A stretch of DNA of 63,299 nt, the filler included, from Choristocarpus tenellus KU-1152 (lineage: Eukaryota > Protista > Phaeophyceae): assembly GCA_964200185.2 (NCBI GenBank). It is 12 parts of 12 records of this genome, joined end to end, with 100 filler letters (N's around TTAATTAATTAA, not from the genome) between each part and the next. Parts side by side here need not be neighbours in the genome. Positions count along the whole stretch, not along the records: positions 60,546 to 63,299 come from CAXNAD020025028.1; 11 more parts are not named here. One strand, 5' to 3'. How positions within the stretch are numbered: the stretch's first letter is position 1; each line of letters begins with the position of its first letter. The position numbers and the translations under genes are program-made. Shown here piece by piece: positions 61,597 through 63,299 of this stretch. The notes beneath the pieces were generated by a model that was not told the DNA's origin, searched no databases, and saw nothing but the letters and a program-made list of their open reading frames with translations.

Positions 61597-63299
61597 AATT
61601 TGTTTTGCTCACGAATTCCGGATTATTATTATTATTTCTCATTCCTAATTTGCCATTCCTCTATTCTCTATTCCCCATTTGATGGCCAACCATTGCGACT
61701 GCCCTTCGTCTATGATTGCCAGCCATCCCACACTTGATGACCTACCAGTGCGAATGCCCTTCGTCACTGATTGCCAGCCATCCTTTCTACCCACACAAGT
61801 TACCACTCCCCTCAACCCCACAGCAGTTCTCACACCACTCAACACCACTCCACAATCATCCAAGAACACCCCTTCATGATCCACTTCAAACCATGCATTT
61901 GAACTAGAAGACATCTACCCCGCCGTAACTTGACCTCCCCTCCCCTTTCGGGGTTGATTTCTTCTATCTCATCCCCGTTACTTCCTGACCTGGTTGTACC
62001 CAATCCTTCCTACTCTTTGCTATACCCTTTGACACCAACACTGAGTCCCTCTGGTTATCCCTTAATATCCCGTAAAGGCCCTCGACTTCCATCTTCCCTC
62101 CCTCTGTATTACCAATTCTGATACCCCCATATTCGCCACTCTCGTGGCTCCCCCTATCCTCCCTGAGTGCAAGGCATACTCCTCAGGTTTAACTTACGTT
62201 CCTTTTGACCCTGTAAATGTTACCTCTACATTTTCTGCCTGGTGTCTATCCTCCCACCTTAAACTTTCTACTCTCCTCCTCCATACTATGTCCCTCCTTA
62301 CTGCAGAATCTCCATGTACTCCTCCCCCTTCATCCTAGGCCCGCAATTCTGAATCTCTGACTAAACAGAAGAACGAGAAACCCAAACCTAGCCTTTTCCG
62401 TTTACCTTCCATACCTAGCATTTCAGTGCCTTTCTTTGTCTCTAAAATCATTCTCCATGTTAGGGGTCTCCTCTTACTGGGCTCGCTCCCTACTTTTGTA
62501 TGACTCCTCCCTATTCCTTTGAGCACCCATTGGCTCATGAAATGTTGTGTGGGGAGTTTGAAGTTGATGACATGTTTATGGTCGGATTGGGTTGCTGCTA
62601 TCTTACCCTTAACTGTACTTACTTAGTCCCTTCTACTTCGACACTAGAAATACGTAAACTCTGCTAGGGCCTTCATTACACATAAACTCTACTAGGACCT
62701 TCCCTACCCATACACTCTGCTAGGGCCTTCACTACATCTATCTCTCGACTCCCAGGGTCTAACCACCTAATCAATCCTCTATATGTATGGAACTCAGACC
62801 ATTGGTCCCAAGCTGCCTCATAACACTCCTGAGTAGATGGCGCGACCGATCCTCTGGCGTACGATGCTGCGAGGCACTCGAACACACCATCTTCCCTTCC
62901 CAACCCCAGGGCTGTTCCGGCCAGTCAATACGTGGGCAAACAAGTCGCAGGTTAGTTTGAATCTCGTCCCTCTTCCACCTCAATATACGACCTGCTAGGT
63001 CATTCATTACCATTCCTAGTAACTCTAAGACAGTGACTGATATACTCCCTTCTTCCCCTTAATCACACTACATGTAATATCACCCTTCACATGTTCTGGA
63101 AGGTCAGACCTCCACTACTTACCCGTCTCTACATTGTACCCCCTACTGCTGAGAAACTCGTATCTGAGTACCAATTCATCCTTAGGGCCTTGAAACAAAC
63201 CCTCAAGAAGGGGGAACTCAAGTTTTCTCCCTCCTCTGCCAGCCCATGTTCTACCACCCACCTCCACCAATACAAATCTTCCTTAAACTCTATCCCTAT
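61597..63299 (-). mobile_element. DIRS/Ngaro-type YR retrotransposon, 3' part (copy 2, internally deleted)
   Basis: Collinear with 15931-17784; YALHSGRIGGAT retained; deletion at about 62196; two hairpin units at 61681-61727 and 61736-61782. Confidence 0.92.

Overview
AT-rich eukaryotic scaffold, about 12 contigs joined by 100-bp N-TTAATTAATTAA-N linkers. It is not prokaryotic. The spliced genes, TE families and TTAGGG repeats suggest a photosynthetic stramenopile, possibly a brown alga (inference). Most of the window is nested, decayed transposable elements: four Copia remnants, a Ty3/Gypsy remnant with solo LTRs, two copies of a DIRS/Ngaro-type tyrosine-recombinase (YR) retrotransposon, two copies of a CRE-like non-LTR element, and many MITEs from at least three families sharing one terminal motif. 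Host genes are an apparently intact 6-exon LCIB/theta-carbonic anhydrase gene (minus strand), the 5' exons of a CAP-Gly/dynactin p150-like gene (plus strand) and NB-ARC exons (minus strand). The most interesting observations are: (1) a variable-copy, strand-specific, covarying RNA-hairpin array in the 3' region of the YR retrotransposon; (2) a Gypsy integrase ending in a chromo-like plus Tudor-like module, visible only after removing a MITE; (3) a MITE system with a shared terminus and mixed 3- and 4-bp target duplications; (4) head-to-head CRE insertions; (5) Copia elements lacking a canonical PBS. All calls were made by eye, with no database searches or folding programs run.
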